A stretch of DNA of 64,000 nt from an uncultured Candidatus Binatia bacterium (lineage in GTDB: Bacteria > Desulfobacterota > Binatia > Bin18). The notes beneath the pieces were generated by a model. It did not search any database, was not told the origin of the DNA, and saw nothing but the letters and a program-made list of their open reading frames with translations. Below, in pieces: positions 9,996 to 22,485 of this stretch (position 1 is its first letter; every line of letters starts with the position of its first letter). Both the position numbers and the translations under genes were made by a program. The stretch is taken from positions 128,572-192,571 of the forward strand of contig CBDESS010000002.1 of the NCBI GenBank assembly GCA_965242605.1, written 5' to 3'.

Positions 9996-10982
9996 TCAGG
10001 GGGCCGTGTCACGCGCCGCGGCTCGGCGCAGGCGGTCCATGATCGCCCGGCCGATTCCCCGCTCGGGAACGGCTTCAACTACCAGCCGGTCAAGGCCAAG
10101 TCGGTCAAAACGGCGCAGGGCGGAAAACAGATTGGCCGCGGCTTCGGCCAGATCGCCCCTGGCCGACAGGGCGGCCTGACAGGTGTAGGCGGGTCCCATC
10201 GGCCCGGGCTTGAACGTCAACAGGCCGACCCGTTCCTGAGGCGGCGGCTGAGGAACGGCCTGACCGAGGGCGAGCAAGGTCATTGGAACGCGTGGCGCGT
10301 AGTGCTGCGCCAGGGTGCCGGGCGAGCGCGCGTCAGGACCGCCAGAAGAGGGCCGGCCGACCGGCCCGATGACGGCTTCAATGTCCTCTACGCTCACCCC
10401 GCCCGGGCGCAACACCACCGCTTCTCTGTCGGTCAGCGCGCACACCGTGGACTCAAGCCCGACCGTACACGGTCCGCCGTCCAGAATCAGCTCCAGCGTC
10501 TGGCCTAAGGTGTCCTGCACATGCCGGGCGGTGGTCGGGCTGACATAGCCGAACGGGTTGGCGCTCGGGGCGGCAATCGGCGTCCCGGCCTCCCGTAACA
10601 GGCTGAGAGAGACGGGGTGGGCCGGCATGCGCAGCCCGACGGTCCCCAGCCCGGCTGTGACCAGGTCTGGAATGAGAGGCCGCTTGGGCAGTACGAGGGT
10701 CAGCGGCCCGGGCCAGAAGTGGTCCATCAGCGCTCTTGCCCGGTCGTCAATATGGGCCGCGTACCGGGGGACGGCATCAACCTGCGCGATATGGACGATC
10801 AGCGGGTCAAACGTGGGACGCTGTTTGACGGCGAAGACCTGGGCTACAGCGCACTCATTGAGCGCGTCGGCCCCAAGACCGTAGACGGTTTCGGTCGGAA
10901 AGGCGACGAGGCCGCCAGCTTGGAGCAGCGCCGCCGCCTGCCGGACCGCGGCCGGAGCAGCGGCGTCGAGAATCCGGGTCAT
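9996..10982 (-). CDS. tsaC: L-threonylcarbamoyladenylate synthase, Sua5 type (YrdC plus SUA5 C-terminal domain)
   Basis: AFPTETVYGLGAD, KQRPTFDPLIVH, APSAN, GLESTV, SPG...HYAP, AIMDRLRRAA. Confidence 0.95.
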   Translation of the reverse strand: MTRILDAAAPAAVRQAAALLQAGGLVAFPTETVYGLGADALNECAVAQVFAVKQRPTFDPLIVHIAQVDAVPRYAAHIDDRARALMDHFWPGPLTLVLPKRPLIPDLVTAGLGTVGLRMPAHPVSLSLLREAGTPIAAPSANPFGYVSPTTARHVQDTLGQTLELILDGGPCTVGLESTVCALTDREAVVLRPGGVSVEDIEAVIGPVGRPSSGGPDARSPGTLAQHYAPRVPMTLLALGQAVPQPPPQERVGLLTFKPGPMGPAYTCQAALSARGDLAEAAANLFSALRRFDRLGLDRLVVEAVPERGIGRAIMDRLRRAAARDTAP

Positions 10983-10990
10983 AGCCGCTC

Positions 10991-12982
10991 TCAGTCCTCC
11001 AGCGTCGGATAGGTATAGCTTTTGAGGGCGGCTTCAAACTCTTGCATCAGCCGCTCCCGCTCACCGTCCTGGCCGGTGCCGGTTGCGTCAAGCTGGCCCA
11101 GAAATCCTTCCAGCAACTCTTGCCGCTCATAGCCAAACACCTTGAGCACGCCCTCGATCGTCTGGCCGGGAATGATCCGGGTCAGGTGATAGTGGCCGGT
11201 GTTGTCAGTCACTACCGAGGCGTCGTGGACATGGCCGAACAGATTATGGTAGTCGCCCAGGACATCCTGATACGCGCCGGTAAAAAAGACCCCCAGATAA
11301 TACGGCTGGCCGTCAGGAGAGTGGAGTTCGAGCCAGTCTTTGATGTCTCGCAGGTCAACAAATGTATCGACCTTGCCGTCCGAATCGCAGGTCAGATCCG
11401 CCAGATAGCCCTTGTGGTCAGGGACCTCGGTCAGCCGGTGCAGCGGCATGATGGGAAAGAGCTGGTCTACGGCCCATGAGTCTGGAATAGACTGGAAGAC
11501 GGAGAAATTGCAGATGAACTTGCGGGCCAGGCGGCGCTCGAGGTCTTCAAACTCTTCGGGCATATGCCTGGCCAGCTTGGCAAACTTCAGCGCCCGCTCA
11601 CACGTCCCCCAGAACAACTCCTGCCCCAGCCCGCGATCCTCCAGGGACAGATAGCCCAGGTTGAACAGCGAGAACATTTCGTCGCGCTGCTCCACGATGT
11701 CGTGGTAGTACTCCCGGTAGTTCCTGGCGTTGAGCTCGGTGTAGATGTCGTACATTTCCCGGATGACCTGTGGGCGGCTGTCCGGGTCAGGGACATGAAT
11801 GGGACCGTTCGTCAGGGTCAACTCGTTGATGACATTAAAGACCAGCAGGGCGTGGGGGGCGGCGATCATGCGCCCATTTTCAGTCAGGACGGTCGGCTCG
11901 CGCACATCCTCGCTGTCGCACACCTCTTTGATGGAGTAGACAATGTCGTTGGCGTACTCATCGACCGAGTAGTTGACGCTCGAGTCTGAGGCGGTCCGCG
12001 AGCCATCGTAGTCAACGCCCAGACCGCCGCCGACATCAAGGTAGTTGAGCTGCGGGCACAGTTTGCGCAGCTTGGCATAGGTCCGCGCCGCCTCTTTGAC
12101 CGCGTACTTGATGCGCTTGATATCGGGCACCTGCGAGCCGATATGAAAATGCAGCAGTTGGAGGCAGTCGCCGAGCCTGGCTTCGTTCAGGCGGCTGAGG
12201 CAGACGAGCAGCTCCGTGGTGGTGAAGCCGAACTTGGACAGGTCGCCGCTCGACTTTTCCCATTTGCCGCTGCCGCGCGCCGACAGTTTGAGCCGCAGGC
12301 CGATACGGGGACGGATGCCGAGGTGGCGGCTCATCTCCAGCAGCAGCCCCAGCTCAAAGAGCGTTTCCAGAACGATAAAGACCTGCCGTCCGGCCTGTTC
12401 GCTATGCAGGGCGAGGCTGAGATAGGCTTCGTCTTTGACCCCGTTACAGATGATTGGCGCATTCGGATTGTGGTTCAAAGCCAGGGCCAGGGCCAGCTCG
12501 GCTTTGCTGCCGACCTCAATGCCGAGGTCGTAGCGCTGGCCAAAGCGAACGATCTCCTGGACAACCTCTCTTTTTTGGTTGGCCTTGATCGGATAGGCTG
12601 GAATATAGCCAGCCTTATAGCCGAACTCCTTGATTGCGGTCCGAAAAGCGGCGACCAGTTTCCTGATCTGCCCGTCCAGAATCTGGGGGAAGCGCAGGAT
12701 GAGCGGGGTTGACAGTCCACGCCGACGCAGCTCTGCCACGATCCGGGTGACGGCCACCGGCGCGCCGCGGTCAAAGGCCAGGACGACATCCCCCTCCCGG
12801 TTGACCGAGAAGTATGCTCCGCCCCATCTGTGTATTCCATACCGGTCGAGGTCTTCCTCGATAGCATTCCCGGCGGCAGAGGGCGCTGTGGGGATGGCTG
12901 TCGTGTCTCGCAGACTTTCGACCAGGCAAGATGAGAAACGTCCCAGCCGGGTATTACGGGGCCCCTCTTTGAGCACTCTCAT
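10991..12982 (-). CDS. speA: Biosynthetic arginine decarboxylase
   Basis: YPIKANQ (PLP Lys), HFHIGSQ, DVGGGLGVDYDG, NFSVFQSIPDSW, DLTCDSDG, GAYQD. Start placed at ATG 12982, which has an AGAGGAAG RBS. Confidence 0.96.
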   Translation of the reverse strand: MRVLKEGPRNTRLGRFSSCLVESLRDTTAIPTAPSAAGNAIEEDLDRYGIHRWGGAYFSVNREGDVVLAFDRGAPVAVTRIVAELRRRGLSTPLILRFPQILDGQIRKLVAAFRTAIKEFGYKAGYIPAYPIKANQKREVVQEIVRFGQRYDLGIEVGSKAELALALALNHNPNAPIICNGVKDEAYLSLALHSEQAGRQVFIVLETLFELGLLLEMSRHLGIRPRIGLRLKLSARGSGKWEKSSGDLSKFGFTTTELLVCLSRLNEARLGDCLQLLHFHIGSQVPDIKRIKYAVKEAARTYAKLRKLCPQLNYLDVGGGLGVDYDGSRTASDSSVNYSVDEYANDIVYSIKEVCDSEDVREPTVLTENGRMIAAPHALLVFNVINELTLTNGPIHVPDPDSRPQVIREMYDIYTELNARNYREYYHDIVEQRDEMFSLFNLGYLSLEDRGLGQELFWGTCERALKFAKLARHMPEEFEDLERRLARKFICNFSVFQSIPDSWAVDQLFPIMPLHRLTEVPDHKGYLADLTCDSDGKVDTFVDLRDIKDWLELHSPDGQPYYLGVFFTGAYQDVLGDYHNLFGHVHDASVVTDNTGHYHLTRIIPGQTIEGVLKVFGYERQELLEGFLGQLDATGTGQDGERERLMQEFEAALKSYTYPTLED

Positions 12983-13043
12983 GGCAACACTTCCTCTTGC
13001 GACGGACCTTGCTTCGACACCATCGGGAATACGATCAAGAGGC

Positions 13044-13253
13044 TTAGCGCCCCGTAGCCATTGGGACACGGAGGGATGGGACGAGAGGGGTGGTGCGGAA
13101 AGTCGGGGGCAGTCTCTTCGCTTGGGGCCGACCCAGACCAGGTAGGGGTGTAGGTTGAGGTCGGGGTATGGTGCGGAGAGTCGGGGGCAGTCTCTTCGCT
13201 TGGGGCTGGCCCGAAGGTACGGGAGATACGGTGTGGGGTGCGTGTGTCTTCAA
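13044..13253 (-). CDS. Putative Pro-rich leader peptide upstream of speA (69 aa) with two PQAKRLPPT motifs
   Basis: TTG start with GAGGTG 11 nt upstream; the repeat period of 78 nt keeps frame; stop lies 61 nt before the speA ATG. Confidence 0.45.
   Translation of the reverse strand: MKTHAPHTVSPVPSGQPQAKRLPPTLRTIPRPQPTPLPGLGRPQAKRLPPTFRTTPLVPSLRVPMATGR
13091..13206. repeat. Two-copy 38-bp direct repeat (13091-13128 and 13169-13206, one mismatch)
   Basis: TGGTGCGGA(A/G)AGTCGGGGGCAGTCTCTTCGCTTGGGGC, read directly from the sequence. Confidence 0.95.
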
Positions 13254-13292
13254 GGCAGGCGGCTCACCTCGTGCTGCTGTAAGAGGCCATCA

Positions 13293-13321
13293 TCTCTACC
13301 CTCTTTGTTCACCTTTGTCAA
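13293..13321 (-). promoter_or_regulatory. Possible sigma70 promoter for the leader-speA-tsaC transcript
   Basis: Perfect TTGACA, 17 bp, weak -10 TAGAGA. Confidence 0.4.
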
Positions 13322-13359
13322 GACAAACCTGGACCTCAGGCCGCTTGGCGCGTTCAGCA

Positions 13360-13388
13360 TTGAGCCGGGTAGGCCGATTCCGTACAAT
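13360..13388 (+). promoter_or_regulatory. sigma70 promoter of aguB (probably leaderless transcript)
   Basis: TTGAGC-17 bp-TACAAT ending 7 nt before ATG 13396; no SD. Confidence 0.6.
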
Positions 13389-13395
13389 ACGGGCT

Positions 13396-14263
13396 ATGGA
13401 TAGCAGTTCGTCCGCGGTCCGGGTCGGTTTGGTCCAGATGGTGTGCGGAGACGATCCCGGCGCAAACCTCAGCAAAGCCGTGCAGCGCATCGAGGCAGCC
13501 GCCCAGCGTGGAGCCCGGATTGTATGCTTGCAAGAGCTCTTCTGCTCGGTCTATTTTTGTCAGCGGGAAGATACCGGCTGTTTTCGGCTGGCCGAGCCGA
13601 TTCCTGGGCCGACAACCGAGACGCTCAGCCGGGTGGCGCGTGCCCGTCAGGTGGTGGTGATTGCGCCGATTTTTGAGCGGCGGGCAGCGGGTCTGTTCCA
13701 CAACTCGGTGGCGGTGCTGGACGCCGACGGCGCTCTGCGCGGCGTCTATCGCAAGATGCACATTCCTGATGATCCGCTCTATTATGAAAAGTTCTATTTC
13801 ACACCGGGCGATCTGGGGTTCCAGACCTTTGTGACCCGTTACGCTCGGATTGGAGTCCTCATCTGCTGGGATCAGTGGTTTCCCGAGGCCGCCCGCCTGA
13901 CCGCCCTGGGCGGGGCCCAACTGCTGTTCTACCCGACGGCTATTGGTTGGCACCAAGCCGAACACGCCGAAGAACGCCAGGCGCAGCGCCACGCCTGGGA
14001 GACAATCCAGCGTGGCCACGCTGTTGCCAACGGGGTCTTTGTCGCGGCGGTGAACCGCGTTGGCACAGAGGGCGGGCTTCAGTTTTGGGGCTCCTCTTTT
14101 GTGAGCGATCCTTTTGGCCGCGTGCTGGTCAGTGCCGGAGCCGAGCACGAAGAGACGGTGCTGGTCTCGTGCGATCTCGGTCGTATTGATACGGTGCGCC
14201 AGGAGTGGCCGTTTCTACGCGATCGCCGGATCGATGCCTACACCAATCTCACCAAGCGCTATC

Positions 14264-14271
<8 letters not shown>
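13396..14271 (+). CDS. aguB: N-carbamoylputrescine amidase (carbon-nitrogen hydrolase family)
   Basis: LQELF, YRKMHIPDDPLYYEKFYFTPGD, ICWDQWFPE, WPFLRDRR; adjacent to aguA and speA. Confidence 0.92.
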
Positions 14272-17481
<3,210 letters not shown>

Positions 17482-17489
17482 AACCAGCG

Positions 17490-17519
17490 TTGACACCTTG
17501 CCGCCGTATGGTGTACACT
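17490..17519 (+). promoter_or_regulatory. sigma70 promoter for tRNA-Gly and polA
   Basis: TTGACA-18 bp-TACACT just upstream of the tRNA. Confidence 0.6.
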
Positions 17520-17532
17520 CATGCCGCATCAT

Positions 17533-17606
17533 GCGGGTGTAGCTCAGCTGGCTAGAGCGCGACCTTGCCAAGGTCGAAGTCGCCGGTTCGAAGCCGGTCA
17601 CCCGCT
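17533..17606 (+). tRNA. tRNA-Gly (GCC)
   Basis: GCGGGTG/CACCCGC acceptor stem, anticodon loop TTGCCAA, GGTTCGA T-loop; CCA not encoded. Confidence 0.97.
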
Positions 17607-17648
17607 CTCTCCAAAGTCCCTGGCCAGCCAGGGACTTTTTTCAGGCCA

Positions 17649-20312
17649 ATGCGGATTTTTCTGATCGACGGTCAGTCGTACATCTACCGGGCGTTCTACG
17701 CCGTGCGTGAGCTGAGGAATTCGAGCGGCTTTCCCACCAATGCGATTTTCGGCTTTGTGAACATGCTCCAGCGGGTCCAGGACACCTATGACCCGAGCCA
17801 CCTGGCCATTATCTTTGACGCGCCGGGCCAGACTTTTCGGCACGCACGCTACAGCGACTATAAGGCCAACCGGCAGTCCATGCCTGACGCCCTCCGGCGG
17901 CAAATCCCCCGTATCAAAGAGCTCGTCAAGGCGTACCGCATTCCGGCCATTGAGCTGGCCGGCTACGAGGCGGACGATATTCTGGCCACCCTGGCGAGCC
18001 GCTGGGACCGGGACGGGGCCGAGATTGTCCTGGTATCCGGCGACAAGGACCTGATGCAGCTGGTGTCTGAGCGGGTGACGATGCTCGACACCATGAAGAA
18101 CCACACTATCGGCATTGAGGAGGTCCGGGCCAGGTTCGGCGTTGAGCCCGGACGGGTGGTTGAGGTCCAGGCCCTGATGGGAGACGCGACCGATAATATC
18201 CCGGGTATTCCCGGGGTGGGCCACAAGACCGCGATGAAACTCATCGCCGAATGGCACGATCTCGAAAACGTACTCAGCAACAGCGACCGCATCAAGGGCA
18301 AGCTAGGCCACAAGGTCCGCGACAATATCGATCTGGCCCGCCTGTCCAAAGCACTCGTGACCCTGTGTCGTGAGGTGCCGATCGAGGTCGAGTTGGACAG
18401 CCTGGCCCGGGAGGAGCCTGACGTTGACCGTCTGCGGGAGTTGTTCAGCGAGTTTGAGTTTCGCCGCTTTCTGTCTGAACTGGACGTGAGTTGGGAGTTT
18501 TCTGTAGATGACGAAAAGGCCAAGGCGGGCCGTTACGAGATTGTCCAGACCGCCGAGCAGCTCCACCATGTGCTGAGCCGGATCCGGGCGGCCAAGACCT
18601 ATTGCCTCGATACCGAGACGACCGCCCTCAACCCGCTCGATGCCGAACTCATCGGGGTCGCCCTGTCGGTCCACGAAGAACAGGCCTGGTATGTGCCGGT
18701 TGCGCATACCGCAGAAGGGGCCGACTCCCAGCTGCCACGCCAGACCGTACTTGAGGCACTCCGCAGCCTGTTTGCAGACGAGTCGCTGTCGCTGGTCGGT
18801 CAGCATATCAAATATGACCTCATGCTCCTGGCCAGATATGGGCTGTGGCCCAGGCGCGTAGCCGGGGACACCATGCTGGCCTCCTATCTACTTGACCCCG
18901 CCACCCGTCATAATCTGAACGACCTGGCCTGGGAGCATCTGCACTACAGCATGACCAGCTATGAGGAAGTGACCGACGGGACCAGAAAAGGCTTTGCCGA
19001 GGTGGCGGTTGCGACTGCGGCCAGCTACTCAGGCGAAGACGCCGATATCACCCTGCGCCTGGCCCAGCGCCTGTTTCCGCGCCTCCACGACGAGGGCATG
19101 GGCGAGCTGTTCTCCGAAGTCGAAGTCCCCCTGGCCCTGGTCTTAGCGCGTATGGAGCTGAGCGGTATTCTGGTCGACCGCGACTTTCTGGCCGGCCTGT
19201 CAACCGAGTTCAGCCAGCACCGCGGCCGGCTTGAGCACGAAATCTACGAGCTGGCCGGCGAAGCGTTCAATATCGCCTCTCCGCAGCAGCTCCAGCGTAT
19301 TCTGTTTGAAAAGCTGGGCCTGCCGCGCGGCAAAAAAACCAAGACCGGCTCCTCAACCGACTCCTCGGTCCTGGAAGCCCTGTCCGAGCACTATCCGCTG
19401 CCGGCCAAAATCCTCTCCTACCGGGGCTTTGCCAAGCTGCAAAGCACCTATGTGGATGCCCTGCCGAAGCTGGTCCGGCCCACAACCGGGCGGATTCATA
19501 CCTCGTTCAACCAGACGGTCACGGCGACCGGGCGTCTGTCTTCGAGCAACCCGAACTTACAGAATATCCCGATTCGGAGCGAAGAGGGCCGGCGTATCCG
19601 GGCCGCCTTTGTTCCGCCGCCGGGCCATGTGTTTGTGTCGGCTGACTACTCACAGATCGAGCTGCGGCTGCTGGCCCACCTGAGCCGTGACCCGGTCCTT
19701 GTAGAATCGTTTCGGCGTGGACAAGATGTGCACGCCCGGACCGCGGCCGAGATTTTTGGGGTTGATACGGTCACGGCCGACCAACGTCGCCAGGCCAAGA
19801 CGATCAATTTCGGTATTATCTACGGGATGGGTGCCCACCGCTTGGGCCGCTCGCTGCACATTCCGTTCAAGACCGCTCAGGGCTACATTGACCAGTATTT
19901 TACCCGCTACCACGCGATCAAAGGCTATATGGACGGCGTGCTCGACACCGCCCGGGAGCGGGGCTATGTGACCACCCTCCAGGGCCGGCGGCGCTATGTG
20001 CCGGACTTACACAGTACCAACCGGCAGGTGATAAGCGCTGCAGAACGGATTGCCATCAATACCCCGATTCAGGGGACGGCTGCCGATCTGATCAAGAGCG
20101 CCATGGTGACGATCGACCGACGGCTCCGCCGGCAAGGGTTAAGCGCTCGCATGTTGCTACAGGTCCACGACGAACTGCTGTTCGAGGTGCCCGAGGGAGA
20201 ACTCCAGACCGTCATTCCCCTCGTCCGGGAGATCATGGAAGAGGCGGCAGCACTTGAAGTGCCACTTGAGGTGGAGATCGGCCAGGGAAAGAGCTGGGCT
20301 GATGCCCACTGA
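17649..20312 (+). CDS. polA: DNA polymerase I
   Basis: MRIFLIDG 5'-3' exonuclease, LDTET 3'-5' exonuclease, TGRLSS.NPNLQNIP, ADYSQIELR, KTINFGIIYG, QVHDEL. Confidence 0.98.
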   Translation: MRIFLIDGQSYIYRAFYAVRELRNSSGFPTNAIFGFVNMLQRVQDTYDPSHLAIIFDAPGQTFRHARYSDYKANRQSMPDALRRQIPRIKELVKAYRIPAIELAGYEADDILATLASRWDRDGAEIVLVSGDKDLMQLVSERVTMLDTMKNHTIGIEEVRARFGVEPGRVVEVQALMGDATDNIPGIPGVGHKTAMKLIAEWHDLENVLSNSDRIKGKLGHKVRDNIDLARLSKALVTLCREVPIEVELDSLAREEPDVDRLRELFSEFEFRRFLSELDVSWEFSVDDEKAKAGRYEIVQTAEQLHHVLSRIRAAKTYCLDTETTALNPLDAELIGVALSVHEEQAWYVPVAHTAEGADSQLPRQTVLEALRSLFADESLSLVGQHIKYDLMLLARYGLWPRRVAGDTMLASYLLDPATRHNLNDLAWEHLHYSMTSYEEVTDGTRKGFAEVAVATAASYSGEDADITLRLAQRLFPRLHDEGMGELFSEVEVPLALVLARMELSGILVDRDFLAGLSTEFSQHRGRLEHEIYELAGEAFNIASPQQLQRILFEKLGLPRGKKTKTGSSTDSSVLEALSEHYPLPAKILSYRGFAKLQSTYVDALPKLVRPTTGRIHTSFNQTVTATGRLSSSNPNLQNIPIRSEEGRRIRAAFVPPPGHVFVSADYSQIELRLLAHLSRDPVLVESFRRGQDVHARTAAEIFGVDTVTADQRRQAKTINFGIIYGMGAHRLGRSLHIPFKTAQGYIDQYFTRYHAIKGYMDGVLDTARERGYVTTLQGRRRYVPDLHSTNRQVISAAERIAINTPIQGTAADLIKSAMVTIDRRLRRQGLSARMLLQVHDELLFEVPEGELQTVIPLVREIMEEAAALEVPLEVEIGQGKSWADAH

Positions 20313-20382
20313 CAAGGTGGTGGTCAGGCGCAATGACCTTCGGGCTGACCAGACCAACACCAGGCAAAGGAGGCAGAGGAGT

Positions 20383-21195
20383 ATGGATTACCGCAGCTAC
20401 GAGCATCTGCTCATTGAGATCAACGACGGCATTGCCACGCTGACGATTAACCGGCCCGAGACCCTGAACTCGACCAATTTCCGTCTCCATTACGAGCTGA
20501 GCAAGGTCTGGCTCGATATTACCGAAGACGACGACATCCGGGTTGCCGTGATTACCGGTGCCGGGCGTGCCTTCTCGGCCGGAGGAGATTTTGAGGTCGT
20601 TGAACAATCAATCGGCAACCTCGACGTGGTATCGCAGACCATGAAAGAAGCGCGCGACATCGTCCACAATATGATCAACTGCAACAAGCCGATCATCTCG
20701 GCTATTAACGGCGTAGCGGTTGGTGCCGGGCTGGCGGTGGCTCTGCTGGCCGACATCAGCATTGCCTCAGACAAGGCCAGGTTTACCGATGGCCATACCC
20801 GGCTCGGCGTGGCCGCCGGCGATCATGCGGCCGTGATATGGCCCTTGCTCGTCGGCATGGCCAAGGCCAAGTACTACCTCCTGACCTGCGATATGCTGGA
20901 CGCCCCGGAAGCCGAGCGGATTGGCCTGGTGAGCATGGTCGTCCCCCACGACGAGCTGATGCCAAAGGCGATGGAGGTGGCCGGCAAGCTGGCCAACGGC
21001 GCTCAGCAGGCGATTCGCTGGACCAAGCTGTCCTTGAACCAGTGGCTGCGGGACGCCGCCGCGACCTCGTTTGACTACTCGCTGGCCCTGGAAATGCTGG
21101 GCTTCTTTGGCAAAGATGTGGGCGAAGGCTTAGCCTCCTTGCAGGAGCGCCGGAGCGCGGTCTTCCCTTCGATCAAGGGCCGGCAGAACACATGA
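20383..21195 (+). CDS. Enoyl-CoA hydratase/isomerase (crotonase) family protein
   Basis: AFSAGGD, KPIISAINGVAVGAG, GVAAGDHA; GAGGAG RBS. Confidence 0.92.
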   Translation: MDYRSYEHLLIEINDGIATLTINRPETLNSTNFRLHYELSKVWLDITEDDDIRVAVITGAGRAFSAGGDFEVVEQSIGNLDVVSQTMKEARDIVHNMINCNKPIISAINGVAVGAGLAVALLADISIASDKARFTDGHTRLGVAAGDHAAVIWPLLVGMAKAKYYLLTCDMLDAPEAERIGLVSMVVPHDELMPKAMEVAGKLANGAQQAIRWTKLSLNQWLRDAAATSFDYSLALEMLGFFGKDVGEGLASLQERRSAVFPSIKGRQNT

Positions 21196-21458
21196 ACACC
21201 GCAGACACCATTGAACAGCGCCTCCGCCACCGCCTCAAAGCCCTGGAAGTCGCAGTCGAAGACGAGAGCGCCCTGCACGCCGGCCATGCCGGGGCGGCCT
21301 CGGGCGGGCGACACTACCGGGTCCGCATTGTGTCCGGGCTGTTTGCCGGAAAAACCCGGGTGCAGCGCCACCGCATGGTCTATGCGGCCCTGGCCGAGGA
21401 GATGGGCGGGGCGATCCATGCCCTGGCCCTGACAACGCTGACGCCGGGCCAGCGCTGA
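21192..21458 (+). CDS. bolA: BolA family protein
   Basis: DESALHAGH, HYRVRIVS..F.GK.RVQRHRMVY, IHAL. Confidence 0.93.
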   Translation: MNTADTIEQRLRHRLKALEVAVEDESALHAGHAGAASGGRHYRVRIVSGLFAGKTRVQRHRMVYAALAEEMGGAIHALALTTLTPGQR

Positions 21459-21461
21459 GCC

Positions 21462-22469
21462 CTAACACCGGTAATACGCCCGGTACCATTCCACAAACCG
21501 GGCAATCCCCTCGCGCAGCGGCGTAGCTGGCCGAAAGCCGACGGCGCGGACCAGGTCGTCCACCTCCGCGGCGGTCTCTGGCACATCTCCGGCCTGGAGA
21601 GGCTGGAAATCCTTCTGTGCCACACGGCCCAGGCACTCCTCCAGGAGGCTGATAAAGTCGAGCAGCGCGACCGGCCGATTGCTGCCGATATTGTACAGGC
21701 GGTAGGGGGCCGAGCTGGCGGCCGGGTCGGGCGCGTGACTCGACCAGTCCGGGTCTGGCTGCGGGACGCGGTCCAGCACCCGGACAACCCCTTCGACAAT
21801 ATCGTCAATGTAGGTGAAATCGCGGTACATCCGCCCGTTATTAAAGACCGCTATCGGCTCCCCGGCCAAAATGGCGCGGGTAAACATGAACAGGGCCATA
21901 TCTGGACGCCCCCACGGACCGTACACCGTAAAAAACCGCAGGCCGGTCGTCGGCAGATCATACAGGTGGCTGTAGGTATGGGCCATCAGCTCATTGGCCT
22001 TTTTGGACGCCGCGTACAGGGATATCGGATGGTCAACATTGTGGTGGACCGAGAACGGCCGGCTGGTATTTGCCCCGTACACCGAGCTGCTCGAGGCATA
22101 CACCAGGTGAGCGGGCCGGGTCGCCCGGCAGCCCTCAATGATATGCAGAAAACCGACCAGGTTGCTCTCAACATAGGCGTGCGGGTTGGTCAGCGAGTGG
22201 CGGACGCCGGCCTGGGCGGCCAAGTGAACGACCCGCTCCGGGCGGTAGCGCTGAAACAGTTCGGCCATACCCGCCCGGTCGGCCAGATCGCGTTTATGAA
22301 AGCTGAAGCCGGCCTGGGGGCTGAGCCGGGCCAGCCGGGCCTGTTTCAGCCGGACATCGTAGTAGGCGTTCATATTATCGAGGCCGATGACCGTATCCCC
22401 ACGCGCGAGCAGGCGGGCCGCAACATGAAAGCCAATAAAACCGGCAACTCCAGTGACCAGAACCCGCAT
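21462..22469 (-). CDS. NAD-dependent epimerase, UDP-glucuronate 4-epimerase type
   Basis: TGVAGFIG, HLAAQAGVR, YAASKK, LRFFTVYGPWGRPDMA. Confidence 0.92.
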   Translation of the reverse strand: MRVLVTGVAGFIGFHVAARLLARGDTVIGLDNMNAYYDVRLKQARLARLSPQAGFSFHKRDLADRAGMAELFQRYRPERVVHLAAQAGVRHSLTNPHAYVESNLVGFLHIIEGCRATRPAHLVYASSSSVYGANTSRPFSVHHNVDHPISLYAASKKANELMAHTYSHLYDLPTTGLRFFTVYGPWGRPDMALFMFTRAILAGEPIAVFNNGRMYRDFTYIDDIVEGVVRVLDRVPQPDPDWSSHAPDPAASSAPYRLYNIGSNRPVALLDFISLLEECLGRVAQKDFQPLQAGDVPETAAEVDDLVRAVGFRPATPLREGIARFVEWYRAYYRC

Positions 22470-22485
22470 GCCGCTCTCTCACCGC

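Noticed and set aside
13091-13206. 38-bp repeat with a 40-bp spacer as a mini CRISPR array
   Set aside because: Only two copies, no clear palindrome or typical terminal motif, no AT-rich leader and no cas genes in the window. The in-frame period and position in the speA leader suggest another explanation.
17565-17648. N-terminal extension of polA
   Set aside because: It overlaps tRNA-Gly; the conserved start is MRIFLIDG at 17649.
20383-21195. Crotonase lacking both canonical catalytic glutamates as a novelty
   Set aside because: The GDHA-type crotonase subfamily is widespread, and nothing here points to a specific new function.
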